From an uncultured Candidatus Rokubacteria bacterium (GTDB lineage: Bacteria; Methylomirabilota; Methylomirabilia; Rokubacteriales; DASRDR01), in NCBI GenBank assembly GCA_963805625.1, contig CAWDVE010000017.1:736001-800000 (forward strand): a stretch of DNA of 64,000 nucleotides, in the 5' to 3' direction. Below, piece after piece: positions 20,123-32,562 of this stretch. The notes beneath the pieces were generated by a model. The model saw only the letters and a list, made by a program, of their open reading frames with translations, was not told the DNA's origin and ran no database searches. The first letter of the stretch is position 1. Each line of letters starts with the position of its first letter. Position numbers and translations under genes: made by a program.

Positions 20123-21204
20123 TGCGTCGGGATCGTTAGGACGGGGGCGCCGTCCTTCGCGCCGGTCTCGACGAGCGTGAAGATGAACATCAGGAAGCTG
20201 AACAGCCGCTTCGACGGCATGTCGCGGTCGTCGATCCAGAACCAGTAGCCGCGGTAGGGCACGGCCAGGAAGGCGTCGGCCGGCCGGTCCGGAGAGCTCC
20301 CGATGCGGATCAGGGGCCGGATGGGGCCTCTCGGTCCCACCTCCGGTTCCGCCGTCGGCGTCACGCGTCGGTCGGTGACGTGGGCCTCGGGGACGTCGAT
20401 GAAGGACGAGAGGTCCACCAGGATCTCCAGGATGGACCGGCTGAGAATCGCGATCTGCGTGTCGTTGGCCGCCACCGCGCCGTAGACGACCTGAAACTCC
20501 CGGCCGGCGGGATCGAGGCCCAGCAGCTGCCGGACGGCCAGCATGTCCGCCTCGAGACTCGGGTCCACCTTCTGCCGTAAGGTCATCAGCACGGCCTCGT
20601 CCCGATCGATCCGGCGCACCCGGAGGCCGATCGCCCCCGAGAGCTGGATCCGGCGGAGCCGCTCCAGGAGGACGTAGAACTCCGGGTCCGCAGGTCGCGC
20701 CCGCGCGTCGCCCCCGAAGCGGTTGTCGATACCGTTCACGACGTGGACCGCGAGCCGCAGGACCAGGTCCACCGGATTCCCAGCCTGGATCATACTCAGC
20801 AGAGCGGCCGGGGGAATCGGCGTCATCATCGAGCGGGCGAAGCGCTCGCCCGAGAGCGGCGCGTACGTGATGGTTGGCCGGTCGGTGTACTGCCCCTGGG
20901 CGCCGAGGGTCACGCTGCTGTTCGGCACCCCCGGCACCACCCCGCTCGTGCTGAAGACGCTGCCCCCCGCCGTGAAGGTGCTCTGCACCGTGTAGCCGCT
21001 CACGATCTGCCCCACGTCCAGGAACACCGGGGTGTCGCCGTATCGGAGCTTCACCAGGTTGAGCAGCATCTGGCTCTTCCAGGACTCGGCCACCGCCCCG
21101 GTGTAGTCGAACCGGTCCCGCGTCACCGTGCCCGGGCCGATGCTAGCGCATCCCGACACGGCGAGCGCGGTGAGGAGCAGGACCGCCGGCTTCGGTCGGC
21201 TCAA
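20119..21204 (-). CDS. Hypothetical lipoprotein
   Basis: Lipobox ALAVSGC; GPGTVTRDRFDY...LLNLVKLRY and C-terminal PVLTIP; translationally coupled to GH13. Confidence 0.8.
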   Translation of the reverse strand: MSRPKPAVLLLTALAVSGCASIGPGTVTRDRFDYTGAVAESWKSQMLLNLVKLRYGDTPVFLDVGQIVSGYTVQSTFTAGGSVFSTSGVVPGVPNSSVTLGAQGQYTDRPTITYAPLSGERFARSMMTPIPPAALLSMIQAGNPVDLVLRLAVHVVNGIDNRFGGDARARPADPEFYVLLERLRRIQLSGAIGLRVRRIDRDEAVLMTLRQKVDPSLEADMLAVRQLLGLDPAGREFQVVYGAVAANDTQIAILSRSILEILVDLSSFIDVPEAHVTDRRVTPTAEPEVGPRGPIRPLIRIGSSPDRPADAFLAVPYRGYWFWIDDRDMPSKRLFSFLMFIFTLVETGAKDGAPVLTIPTQ

Positions 21205-21205
21205 C

Positions 21206-23990
<2,785 letters not shown>

Positions 23991-24234
23991 CGAACGCCCC
24001 TTCATGCCGACGCGGCACAGCGGTCGCGCCGCCCAGTGTCTCGTCATCTCGGAATGTTTGCCGCGCCAACGTTCACGTTCGCGACCTTCCCGCCTGTCGA
24101 TCGTGCGGCTCCGGTGGCCGGTATCTCGACACCGGCCACCGGGCCAGGCCCGTCAGGTCGCGACGGTCATTGCCTCACCGCCTACGGAATCCGTCCTCCC
24201 ATCCGGGGCGAGCGGCACATCGGGAGGACCAAGG

Positions 24235-24927
24235 CTAACGGCCGCCCGCGAGCTTGGCGACCGCCCCGATGAGTGGGTCCGCCTCGGGGCTCGTCACCGT
24301 GCCTTTGATGAGGATGTCAGTCGGGCTCACCGGCTTGCCATAGAAGGCCTGATTCAGGGCCGTGCGAACTCCCACGACCGAGCCGTCAACGGAGAATCCG
24401 CCGTAGAGGCCCTTCGATATCGAGAAGCTGATCAGGTCCGCGCTGAGACCCGCCGTGGCCGCGGTCGCGCCCCCGCCGACGGGTCCCGCCGCGACACTGA
24501 TGTCGGCCCCGAGCTTCACCTGGGGGCTGAGTAGCTTGGTGACCCCGCGCTCGGTCATCGCCAGGATGACGACCTCGGCCGCGTCCGCCCCCGCCTGGAA
24601 GCCGAAGCTCGCCCCGCCCAGGGTGTGGAAGGCGGGCCCGCGCCACTTCCCGGCCTTCTCGTCCTTCGCGACCAGGACGCCGGTACCCCCGGACGCCCCG
24701 ACGATGAACGCGCCGCGAAGCATCTGGGGCATGATGAGCATCCCCTTGGCCTTCTTCGCGAGATCACGCAAGGTTCCCATGTTCGGGTCAGTCTGGAATT
24801 GCTCCACCGTGAGCTTCGCCTTCTCGACGATCTGTCGCGCATCCTGGGCGTCGTCCGCCCGCGCCGCCGTCGCTCCCAGGAGGAGCGCCATCGTCACCGC
24901 CACCGTTCCGGTCACTCGCAGCCGCAT
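24235..24927 (-). CDS. Lipid-binding SYLF (Ysc84) domain protein, secreted
   Basis: Signal peptide; GAFIVGASGGTGV, GGASFGFQAG, SVAAGPVG and SKGLYGGFSVDG. Confidence 0.88.
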   Translation of the reverse strand: MRLRVTGTVAVTMALLLGATAARADDAQDARQIVEKAKLTVEQFQTDPNMGTLRDLAKKAKGMLIMPQMLRGAFIVGASGGTGVLVAKDEKAGKWRGPAFHTLGGASFGFQAGADAAEVVILAMTERGVTKLLSPQVKLGADISVAAGPVGGGATAATAGLSADLISFSISKGLYGGFSVDGSVVGVRTALNQAFYGKPVSPTDILIKGTVTSPEADPLIGAVAKLAGGR

Positions 24928-24976
24928 CGTTCCCCTCCTCTGCTGAACGCCGCTTCGCTCCGCCGGACGCGGCACG

Positions 24977-25156
24977 TCACTTCCCGCCGCGGACGACGTC
25001 GATCTGCGCGCGTCGCTGCTCCTTGAACACGCTCTGCTCGCGATCGAGCGCCTTGCGGATCCGCCGTACGAGGCCGCTCGAAGCTGGCCATGCTCCCCAT
25101 CCGGCCGCTGCTGGCCGGCCGCTGCTGGCCGGCCGCTGCTGGCCCCCTTCGGTCAT
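24977..25156 (-). CDS. Small hypothetical protein containing a 3x14-bp repeat
   Basis: 59-aa ORF between co-oriented genes; helical C-terminus LVRRIRKALDREQSVFKEQRRAQIDVVRGGK. Confidence 0.4.
   Translation of the reverse strand: MTEGGQQRPASSGRPAAAGWGAWPASSGLVRRIRKALDREQSVFKEQRRAQIDVVRGGK
25103..25144. repeat. Perfect tandem repeat, 3 x 14 bp
   Basis: GGCCGCTGCTGGCC at 25103, 25117 and 25131. Confidence 0.92.
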
Positions 25157-25233
25157 GCTACCCGATCTGGCGATCGCGTCCGGTCCTGCCACCGGGCCGG
25201 GCGGGCCCGACCCGATCCTCAGTCGGCCCGAGA

Positions 25234-25725
25234 TCACGCGGGCCGCCCCGCCGCGCGAGCCACGCGGTTAGCCAGCGCGCGGGCGATGGCGTAGGGCGTC
25301 GTGATCAGGACCGGCCCCACGACGAGCGCCGCCCCCGGGTACGACTGCCCGAGGATCACCCACTGGAAAACGGAGTCGAGCAGGATACCCACGAGCAGGA
25401 GGTTGGCGACCGACGCGAGGCCGTCCCGCATGAGCTCGTGGCGGTGCTCGCGATCGGTCACCAGGCCCAGGAGGTATGGCGGTCGTGCCGCCCGCGCGTC
25501 AGCCCTGCCGCTCCGGATTCCCAGGATGGTCGCGACCAGCGGCTGCAGGATGAACCGGAAGCGACCGGGGCCCATCAAGCGCTTCGGCAGGTCCTCGACG
25601 AACGCGCGTGAAAACAGGTAGAAGCCGCCCCGGTCGAACGCCTCACGCAGGGAGCCCGGCACCGACAGCAGGAGCACCAGCAGCGTGAGGCCGGCAAGCC
25701 CGAGCGTGAGTCGTCCTGTCCGCAT
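25234..25725 (-). CDS. Hypothetical membrane protein
   Basis: About four hydrophobic segments, GPGRFRFILQP motif, GC-biased codon usage. Confidence 0.7.
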   Translation of the reverse strand: MRTGRLTLGLAGLTLLVLLLSVPGSLREAFDRGGFYLFSRAFVEDLPKRLMGPGRFRFILQPLVATILGIRSGRADARAARPPYLLGLVTDREHRHELMRDGLASVANLLLVGILLDSVFQWVILGQSYPGAALVVGPVLITTPYAIARALANRVARAAGRPA

Positions 25726-25806
25726 CGCTGCGCCTCGGCGAGCGGGCGGACTGGGCTCCGGCACCTGCATCACGAGCGCTCGCTCCGCCGATCCGGATCC
25801 GGCCGA

Positions 25807-27501
25807 CTAGCGTCCCGCCGCCATCATGGCCACGAGGACCGGCCCCCAGGCGGTCAGCAGGATGTTGCCGATCGCGTACGGCACGGTGTAGCCGATGGCC
25901 GGCACCCTGCTCTGGGACTCCTCCTGGAGGGCGCGAAGCGCAGCCGTGATCGTCCCAGCGCCCGCGCAAGCGCCCAGGAGGATGACGGGGTTCATCCGCA
26001 GCACATATCTTCCGAAGAGAATCGTCACGATGTGCGGAGTCAGGGAGCAGATCAGGCCCACGATCACGAGGCTGATACCGGTCTTCTGGAGCCCGGCCAC
26101 GAAGCCGGGGCCGGCCGTGATCCCGACCACGCCGATGAAGACGCAGAGGCCGACGGTGTCGAAGATCCAGATCGCCGCCTCCGGGATCCTTCCGAAGAAC
26201 GGCCGCACCGACCGGAGCCAGCCGAACACGAGGCCCATGATGAGGGCACCGCCGCTGGCGGTGAGGGTCAGTGGCACACCGGCGACGACCACCGACAGGA
26301 GGCCGACGAAGCCCCCGAGCACGATGCCGGTGCCGACGAAGATCATGTCCGTGGCAGCAGTGGGGCGATCGGGGTACCCGAGCTCCTTGACCACCTTTTC
26401 GACCGCGGGCTTCGGGCCGATCAGGGTTGCGACGTCGCCCCGGTCGAGGCGCGTCTCGGGGGCAACCGGCATCTCTTCGCTGGCCCGCGCGAGCTTCTGC
26501 AGGAAGACGCCGCGGGCGAACTCGCCTCTCGCCAGCTCCCCCAGGCTCTTCCCGGCCAGGGCCTTGTTCGTGACCACCACGTCCAGCACTGCGATCGGGA
26601 TGTCGAGCAGGTCCCGGTCCTGGACCTCCGGGCCGATGGCGCTCCCGCGCTCCACGTGGAGGTCGAGGCGCGTGGCCACTGCCACCACGTCGTCCCGGCG
26701 GATCACCGTGGTCGGCTCGGCATCGAGGAGGGCGCCCTGCCGGCGGACTCGCAGGATGAAGGCCCGGAAGTCCCTGGGCAGCGCCTCGAGCTGGCCGACC
26801 GTCTTGTCGACGATGGCGTCGTTGGTCACCCGGTAGGCCCGGACGTCGAATCGACGGGCCGCCGAGGCGACCCCGGGCTCCGCTTCCTTGCCACCCGGCC
26901 CATGCGCTTGCATTTTCGCGGCCTCTTCGCGGAGATTGATGCCCATGAGCTTGGGCCCGATCGTGGGGATGAACCACACGAGGACGGCCGTGCCGACCAA
27001 GTACGTGACCGCATAGGCGATGGGAATGTTGTTGACGAAGCGCGTCTTCTCCTCGGCCGAGATCGTCGCCAGCCGGTTGATGGCGTCGCCGGCGGTCCCG
27101 ATCACCGTGGACTCGGAGAACGCCCCGGCCAGGAGCCCGGCCGCGGTCCCCATGTCGTAGCCGAGCACCTTCGCGGCGACGAAGGCGGCCACGAGGCACG
27201 TGACGCAGAGGACGACCGTGACCAGGACCTGCGAGACCGCGTCCTTCTTCAGGCCCCGGAAGAATTGCGGCCCGACCTTGTAGCCGGTCGTGAAGAGGAA
27301 CAGGTCGAAGAAGACGGTCTTGACGATCCCGGGAACCTGGATGCTGAGCTGGCCGACGAGTACGCCCGCCAGCAGCGTGCCCACCACCGTCCCGAAGCTG
27401 AAGCTCCCGATCTTGGCCTTTCCGATGAGAAAGCCCAGCGCCAGCGTGAGGAAGATCGCCAGCTCGGGATTGTGCCGGAGGGCATCGACGAACCAGCTCA
27501 T
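25807..27501 (-). CDS. aspT: Aspartate:alanine antiporter (AspT/AAEx family), copy 1
   Basis: PELAIFL, GYKVGPQFF, two TrkA-C-like central domains, GAGTITAAL and PAIGYTVPYAIGN. Confidence 0.92.
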   Translation of the reverse strand: MSWFVDALRHNPELAIFLTLALGFLIGKAKIGSFSFGTVVGTLLAGVLVGQLSIQVPGIVKTVFFDLFLFTTGYKVGPQFFRGLKKDAVSQVLVTVVLCVTCLVAAFVAAKVLGYDMGTAAGLLAGAFSESTVIGTAGDAINRLATISAEEKTRFVNNIPIAYAVTYLVGTAVLVWFIPTIGPKLMGINLREEAAKMQAHGPGGKEAEPGVASAARRFDVRAYRVTNDAIVDKTVGQLEALPRDFRAFILRVRRQGALLDAEPTTVIRRDDVVAVATRLDLHVERGSAIGPEVQDRDLLDIPIAVLDVVVTNKALAGKSLGELARGEFARGVFLQKLARASEEMPVAPETRLDRGDVATLIGPKPAVEKVVKELGYPDRPTAATDMIFVGTGIVLGGFVGLLSVVVAGVPLTLTASGGALIMGLVFGWLRSVRPFFGRIPEAAIWIFDTVGLCVFIGVVGITAGPGFVAGLQKTGISLVIVGLICSLTPHIVTILFGRYVLRMNPVILLGACAGAGTITAALRALQEESQSRVPAIGYTVPYAIGNILLTAWGPVLVAMMAAGR

Positions 27502-27645
27502 CTATTGACCCCCTTGTTCCGTCAGACTCTCTCCAACGACGCCATCGCCGTCACAAGCGAGCCAGCGCCCGGAGATGCGACGGGCGCTGGCTCGGACGGC
27601 CGTGCCGACTGCGCGCGGAGTACCCCCGTCCTGCCGACGGTCACC

Positions 27646-28114
27646 CTACTTCGGGGGGAAGGCGGCCAGAATGCCCTCGACCGCTTTGCTCAGGTCACCG
27701 GACGCCGCGTCCGTGCTGATGGAGCCGGACGCCGTCCCCCGCCAGATCAGCGTTCGGCCGTCGGGTCGGTACACGTTCAGGTCGAGTATCCTGAGTTCGT
27801 AGCCCTCGGACGCTGCCGACCGGGTAGTTCTCGAGCCTGACCAAGATGACGAAGTCAGGGGTGGCCGTCGCTCTGGTGAATCCCTTCTTCGCCAGGAGCG
27901 GGTCGGCGAGGAACTGGACATTCGCCTCGACGAGACTGCTCTGCGAGTAGGCCGCCGCCGGCCCGGGCGCCCACGCGTAGCTCTTGAGGGCGCCGAAGTT
28001 CGTCGACGGGTCGTAGGAATGGTTGATGGCGGTCGCGCAGCCTCCCCCGATCAGGATCATCAGAGGAGCGACGGCTGCCACGAGAACCCGGGCCGCTCGC
28101 CTCCGTCCTAGCAT
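27646..28114 (-). CDS. DUF4136-like lipoprotein, split by a +1 indel near 27811
   Basis: GGC lipobox and YDPSTNFGALKSYAW...KGF...PDF continue in another frame as LIWRGTA...AVEGILAAFPP. Confidence 0.75.
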
Positions 28115-28173
28115 GCTCGCTCCTCCATCGCCATCTTTTCAGCCCACATCACCCGGCCGATCGAGCGAGGGGG

Positions 28174-28824
28174 TCACTTCTTCGCTGACTTGTCGAGGGC
28201 GATGGCCAGGGCGCGCGTGTAGGTGATCTCGACGAGATCGCCCACCTTCATCGCGTCCAGGTTCTTCGGGTCACGCGCCTTGACGGTCTCGGTGCTCCCG
28301 TCCGGGCCCTTGACGGTCACCGTGCCCGCCTTCTTGTCGATTTCGACGATGGTCACGGTCACGGTGATCTGCTCCCCGACGGCCCCGGCCGGCGTGGCGC
28401 CGGGTTTGGAGGAGGCCATGCCTTGCTGGGCGGTCACCCCCGGGGTCGCGGTGCCTGGCTTCTTCACCTCGAGTGCCAGCGCCTCGTAGTACTTGCCCAC
28501 CACCGGGTCGCCCACCTTGATCGCCTCGAGCTTCTTGGGGTCCTGGACCTTTACGGTCAGAGTCCGCTTCGGTCCCTTGATGGTGACCGTCTGCTTCTCC
28601 TTGTCGATCGCCTCCACGGTACCCCGCAGCGTGACGACGGCGGCCTCTTGCACCTTTGGCTTGCCCGCCTCCGGCGCCTTCGGCTTGGCGGCGGGCGCCG
28701 TGGCCTGCGCCACGACAGGAGCCGTTGCGCGGCTCGCGCCAAACGCGACCCCGGGGACAAGCGCGCTCACCAGCAATCCGACAACGAGTGTCTTCACCGC
28801 TTTCCCCTTGCTGTACACCGCCAT
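28174..28824 (-). CDS. Secreted protein with two repeated OB-fold-like beta domains; in-frame alternative start at 28899
   Basis: Signal peptide, a Pro/Ala/Lys linker, then two repeats of V.AID....TVT.KGP...DPK.L.A.KVGD.V...Y. Confidence 0.78.
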   Translation of the reverse strand: MAVYSKGKAVKTLVVGLLVSALVPGVAFGASRATAPVVAQATAPAAKPKAPEAGKPKVQEAAVVTLRGTVEAIDKEKQTVTIKGPKRTLTVKVQDPKKLEAIKVGDPVVGKYYEALALEVKKPGTATPGVTAQQGMASSKPGATPAGAVGEQITVTVTIVEIDKKAGTVTVKGPDGSTETVKARDPKNLDAMKVGDLVEITYTRALAIALDKSAKK

Positions 28825-28974
28825 GGCGTCTCCGAGGTATCCGGCAACCCGGATCGTCGTGAGATCCGGCGCCTCCGATGCGGTCAGTTCAAAGGCCATC
28901 TTCCAGCTCCTCCTCCGAGTCAGATGACAGGCAACATGAACGGGTGGTAGCGGGGCGGACATGACATGCCCTCC

Positions 28975-30621
28975 TTATCGAACGTCCCGCCTACGAGCCG
29001 TGGGCACAGCCGGCGTGCCGCCCTTACCCGTGGCGGCCTGATAGGCCTGATTGTAGCCGCGCGCGATGGCGCGCACCGCCCGGCCGATGTCGTCGTAGAC
29101 GTGATCATCCAGGTTCGCGAACGATATGCGCACCGACCAGTCCGGAGCGGCAAAGCCGCTGCCGTTGAGCAGGACGATGCCGTGGTCCTCGGCCAGCCGG
29201 AACACGATGTCGAGCGGATGCACGTTCGCCTTCATCCACTTGACCATGTCCTCGCTCAGGTACTTGCGGGCCCAGAACTCGAAGTCGATCAGGCCGTAGT
29301 AGTAGTCGAAGTACTCGTTCGGGCTGACTTCGATGCCCAGCCCCTCGATCGTCGCCTCGACCCGCTTCTTGACGATGCCGATGCAGGCCTTCTGATAGGC
29401 CTTCTTCTCGTCCATCAGCTCGCTCAGCGAGAACAGCGTCATCATGACCTGCTGGGGGAGCGACAGGCCCGCCGTGTGATTCAGCGCGACGTCGCGGCTG
29501 TCCGCCACGATGCGGTCGATGAAGGCGAGCTTGCGGGGCTCGAGCGTGAGCCCGCCGTAGCGCTTGTCGAGCAGCTTCTTGATGGGCTCGGGATGCTGGG
29601 CGATCATTTCGTCGAAGATATTGTCCTCATGGACCGCGACCGTGCCCAGGCGCCAGCCGGTGCAGCCGAAGTACTTGCTGTACGAGTAGACGCCGATGGT
29701 GTTCTTCGGGAACTCCCCCATCAGCGAACGGAAGCCCGGCACGAAGGTGCCGTAGACGTCGTCCGTCAGCAGGATGAGATCCGGCCGCTTCTTGAGGACG
29801 GCCCCGATCTTCTTGATCGTGTCGGGTGACAGCGCCACGGCGAACGGGTTGCCGGGGTTGACGATGAAGAACGCCTTGATCTTCGGGTCGAGGAGCTTCT
29901 TGATCTCTTCATCCGGGTACTGAAATCGGACCTCCTGCTTGGCGTGCACCTCGACGTACTTGAGGTCGTAGTCCTCGAGGTGCGCCATCTCGAGGTACGG
30001 AGTGAAGATCGGCACGCCGAGCGCAATCGTGTCGCCGGGGTTGATGATCCGGTTGCTTTTCAGCGACTTGAAGATGTAGCACATGGCGGCGGTGCCGCCC
30101 TCGACCGCGTACAGCTTGAACTTGCCTTTCGGCCGCGGGGTCCCGCACATCGCCCACTGCAGGTACTCGTGGACGACCTGTTCATTATGCACCAGCATGC
30201 GGTCCGGCACCGGATAGTGGTCGCCGATGATGGAATCCACCAGCTCGTGCACGAACTTGTCGGGGTCAAAACCGAACTTCTTTACCGCCCACGGCACCAT
30301 CGCCTGCAGGAAGGGGGCGCCCGGCATGTCGTCGTGCTTCTTCAGCCAGGCCTCAAGCCGGCCGGCAACACCCGACGCCTTGGGCATGCCACCCACGCCC
30401 GGCGGCAGGTCGAGCACGCGCTTGCTCTCAGTGACCGCGAACTGCCCGAGCAGGAAGAACGCTTCGCGCGGCTCGGTGGCGACCCAGTTCGGGTTGCCGC
30501 GACCGGCGTTCAGGTACGAGATGGACGCCTCCTGCGCGGTCTTCGACGCGACCTTGGCGAGGAAGTCCTTGATCTCGAACGGACCCAGCTTCTCGTACTG
30601 TTTGAGCTTCATGTCGTCCAT
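28975..30621 (-). CDS. aspD: Aspartate 4-decarboxylase (bifunctional with transaminase)
   Basis: LGPFEIKD, LNAGRGNPNW, EGGTAAM, DDVYGTF, PLP lysine in YSYSKYFGCTGWRLG, and ALNHTAGLSLPQQ. Confidence 0.95.
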   Translation of the reverse strand: MDDMKLKQYEKLGPFEIKDFLAKVASKTAQEASISYLNAGRGNPNWVATEPREAFFLLGQFAVTESKRVLDLPPGVGGMPKASGVAGRLEAWLKKHDDMPGAPFLQAMVPWAVKKFGFDPDKFVHELVDSIIGDHYPVPDRMLVHNEQVVHEYLQWAMCGTPRPKGKFKLYAVEGGTAAMCYIFKSLKSNRIINPGDTIALGVPIFTPYLEMAHLEDYDLKYVEVHAKQEVRFQYPDEEIKKLLDPKIKAFFIVNPGNPFAVALSPDTIKKIGAVLKKRPDLILLTDDVYGTFVPGFRSLMGEFPKNTIGVYSYSKYFGCTGWRLGTVAVHEDNIFDEMIAQHPEPIKKLLDKRYGGLTLEPRKLAFIDRIVADSRDVALNHTAGLSLPQQVMMTLFSLSELMDEKKAYQKACIGIVKKRVEATIEGLGIEVSPNEYFDYYYGLIDFEFWARKYLSEDMVKWMKANVHPLDIVFRLAEDHGIVLLNGSGFAAPDWSVRISFANLDDHVYDDIGRAVRAIARGYNQAYQAATGKGGTPAVPTARRRDVR

Positions 30622-30742
30622 TGATTGTTCCTTGTAAGCTTGGCGTTGTTAGCGGCCGGCGCGATGAGCTTATCCCCCGGCTCGAAGGGGCTCAGCGTTC
30701 AGAAGCGCGCACTGCTGGCGGAGCGTCACGAGGTTCATGGCG

Positions 30743-32434
30743 TCACGACAGCAGCATGATGATGACCATGCCCCAGATCGTGAGGAGCGTGTTGCCGATG
30801 GCGTAGGTGACGGTGTACCCGAGCGCGGGCACCTGGCTGTGGGCCAAATCACAGACCATGCCGAGGGACGCCGTCGTGGTCCGCGCACCGGAGACGGCCC
30901 CGAGCAGGATGGCGTCGTGGAAGCGGAACAGGTACTTGCCGATGTACATGCTGAGGATCAGCGGTACCGTCGTCGCCACGATGCCCCACAGGAACAGGCT
31001 GACACCCTGTGTCTTGAGGCCGTTGACGAACCCCGGGCCGGCCGAGATGCCGACAATGGCGATGAAGATGTTGAGGCCGACCGAGTTCATGAACCAGACG
31101 GTGGACGACGGGATGCGCCCGAAGAACGGGCGCGTCGAGCGCAGCCAGCCGAACACGAGCCCCGAGATGAGAGCGCCGCCGGCGGTGGACAGCGTCAACG
31201 GCACGCCGCCGACCTTCCAGACCAGCGCGCCGACCAGCGCGCCGAGCGTGACCGCCCATCCGATGAACGCGACGTCGGCGACGTCGGTCGGCCGATCCGG
31301 CACGCCCAGCAGCTTGGCCGCGGCTCCGGTGTCCTGGGTGCGGCCGACAACCGTCAGGATGTCGCCGCGCTGGATCGTCGTGTTCGGCAGGATGGGGATC
31401 TCGGTGGCGGTCGCGCCCCGTGTGATCCTCCGCAGGAAGACGCCGCGGGCGCCTGGCGTTCGCGCCAGCTCGGCGAGCGTCTTGCCGTCGACCGCCTTGT
31501 TGGTCACGTAGACGTCGACGCCCTCGATCGGCACGTTCAGGAGCTCGGGATCCTCGACTTCCTCCGCATTTGCCCCCAGGACCTTCACGAGCACCTCGCG
31601 GGTGCCGGCGACCGCCACCACGTCGCCTTCCCGCAGCACGGTGTCCGCGGTCGCGTCCTCGATCGCCCCGCCGCGGCGGATGCGCAGGACGAAGACGCGC
31701 GCATCGGGCACCAGGGCCTCGGCCTCGACGGCCCGGAGGCCGACGGCCTTCCCGCCCTGTCTCACCCGGAAGGCTCGCAGCTCCCAGCGGTGCCAGGCCG
31801 AGCCGGCGCCGCCCATCTCCTTCGTGCCACCGTACTTCGCCTCGTAGTCCTTGGCGGCGGCGGCGAGATCGATGCGGAGCAGCGCCGGTCCGACCAGCGC
31901 GATCACGATCGCCGAGCCGACCGTGCCGAACATGTAGGTCACGGCGTAGGCGATCGGCATCCCGTCGAGCATCGCCTTGGTCTGCTCGGCGGCCAGACCC
32001 AACCGGTTGATCGCGTCGGTGGCGAGGCCCATCGAGGCCGAAATGGTCTGCGATCCCGCGTACAGCCCGGCCGCGTACCCGAGGTCGTAGCCGGCTAGCT
32101 TGGCGACCCCCACACCTGAAGCCAGGCACAGCACGCACACGACCACCGCGAAGAGCGCCTGCGGCAAGCCATCCTTGGCCACGCCGCGGACGAATTGCGG
32201 CCCGACGCCGTAGCCGACCGCGAACAGGAACATCAGGAAGGCAAACGCTTTCAGGGGCTGGTTGATCGTGATCCCGAGCTGTCCGATCACGACGGCGGCC
32301 AGCAGGGTCGCGGTGACCGACCCCAGCCCGAGGCCCTTGAAGGTGAACTTGCCGACGTAGTACCCGATCCCGAGCGAGAGGAAGATCGCGATCTCCGGGT
32401 ACTGACGCAGCGTCGCGAATAACCAGTCGATCAT
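30743..32434 (-). CDS. aspT: Aspartate:alanine antiporter (AspT/AAEx family), copy 2
   Basis: [25 protein letters not shown] and [13 protein letters not shown]; directly upstream of aspD. Confidence 0.92.
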   Translation of the reverse strand: MIDWLFATLRQYPEIAIFLSLGIGYYVGKFTFKGLGLGSVTATLLAAVVIGQLGITINQPLKAFAFLMFLFAVGYGVGPQFVRGVAKDGLPQALFAVVVCVLCLASGVGVAKLAGYDLGYAAGLYAGSQTISASMGLATDAINRLGLAAEQTKAMLDGMPIAYAVTYMFGTVGSAIVIALVGPALLRIDLAAAAKDYEAKYGGTKEMGGAGSAWHRWELRAFRVRQGGKAVGLRAVEAEALVPDARVFVLRIRRGGAIEDATADTVLREGDVVAVAGTREVLVKVLGANAEEVEDPELLNVPIEGVDVYVTNKAVDGKTLAELARTPGARGVFLRRITRGATATEIPILPNTTIQRGDILTVVGRTQDTGAAAKLLGVPDRPTDVADVAFIGWAVTLGALVGALVWKVGGVPLTLSTAGGALISGLVFGWLRSTRPFFGRIPSSTVWFMNSVGLNIFIAIVGISAGPGFVNGLKTQGVSLFLWGIVATTVPLILSMYIGKYLFRFHDAILLGAVSGARTTTASLGMVCDLAHSQVPALGYTVTYAIGNTLLTIWGMVIIMLLS

Positions 32435-32562
32435 GTCGACCTCCGTTGGCGTGCTCCGGTTTGAGTCACGGGCTTTCTCGCGTGGGCTCCTCGATCGGCA
32501 CCAGCGGGGGCACCAGGCTCACCAGCATGGACATCGAGCCTGACGGCCATGCACGCCGTCTC

